Assembly (NCBI RefSeq): GCF_036365525.1
Contig: NC_090397.1
Location: 28,828,034-28,892,033 of the forward strand
Direction of reading: 5' to 3'
Origin: Heterodontus francisci
Taxonomy: Eukaryota
Length of the DNA: 64,000 nucleotides
Positions 63,655 to 64,000 of the stretch are shown in pieces. The notes beneath the pieces were generated by a model that was given only the letters and a program-made list of their open reading frames with translations, made no database searches and was not told where the DNA came from. The position numbers and the translations under genes are program-made. The first letter of the stretch is position 1. Each line of letters begins with the position of its first letter.

Positions 63655-64000
63655 GACCTCATGATGTCTCAAAACATTTTAAAATGTAATCACTGTTCTT
63701 TTGTAGGCAAGCACAGCAACTAGTTTGAACACAGCAAGGTCCCACAGGCAGCAATGAGATAAATGAGCAGCTAATCTGTTTTGATTGTGTAGGTTGAGAA
63801 ATAGATGTTGGCCATTGCACTGGCAGATGTCCCTTGCCCTTCTGAAGTAGTGTCATGGGATTTATTGTATCCACATGAGCAGGAAGATGGCTCTCAACTT
63901 AATGTCTCTTCCAAACAACAGCATCTCAGACATTGCACCGTGCTGTCAGTGCTGCACTAAAGTGTCAACCTAAAGTATGTACTCAAGCCCTGAAATAGGG
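63655..64000 (-). mobile_element. Deu-domain SINE, partial
   Basis: Parallels 16870-17215 (AAGAAATAGTGCCATGGGATCTTT-type body). Confidence 0.6.

Noticed and set aside
1-64000. CRISPR array, prokaryotic operon or intact endogenous virus
   Set aside because: No regularly spaced repeat-spacer array; LTRs are solo with no gag/pol/env; the window is intron-rich vertebrate DNA.

Overview
Vertebrate nuclear DNA, most likely a shark or other elasmobranch (HE1-type V-SINEs, Deu-domain SINEs, dense CR1/RTE/Penelope repeats). It holds the first two coding exons of ACTR6 (minus strand, running off the left edge) and a complete plus-strand TCP11L2 gene: CpG-rich promoter near 12.8 kb, probable non-coding 5' exons, and 9 coding exons joining in frame to 519 aa (20367-45535). 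A further CpG-rich promoter with X-box and NRF1 motifs near 61.1-61.5 kb belongs to a gene I cannot identify. The rest is layered transposable elements, many with readable target-site duplications (TSDs). The most notable signal is a young Penelope-like element carrying an intact minimal type I hammerhead ribozyme, plus short TSD-flanked insertions whose junctions all fall inside that ribozyme. I see no evidence of a wholly new protein-coding system. Nearly all long ORFs in the track are retroelement remnants. Family and orthologue assignments are from recall, not database searches.
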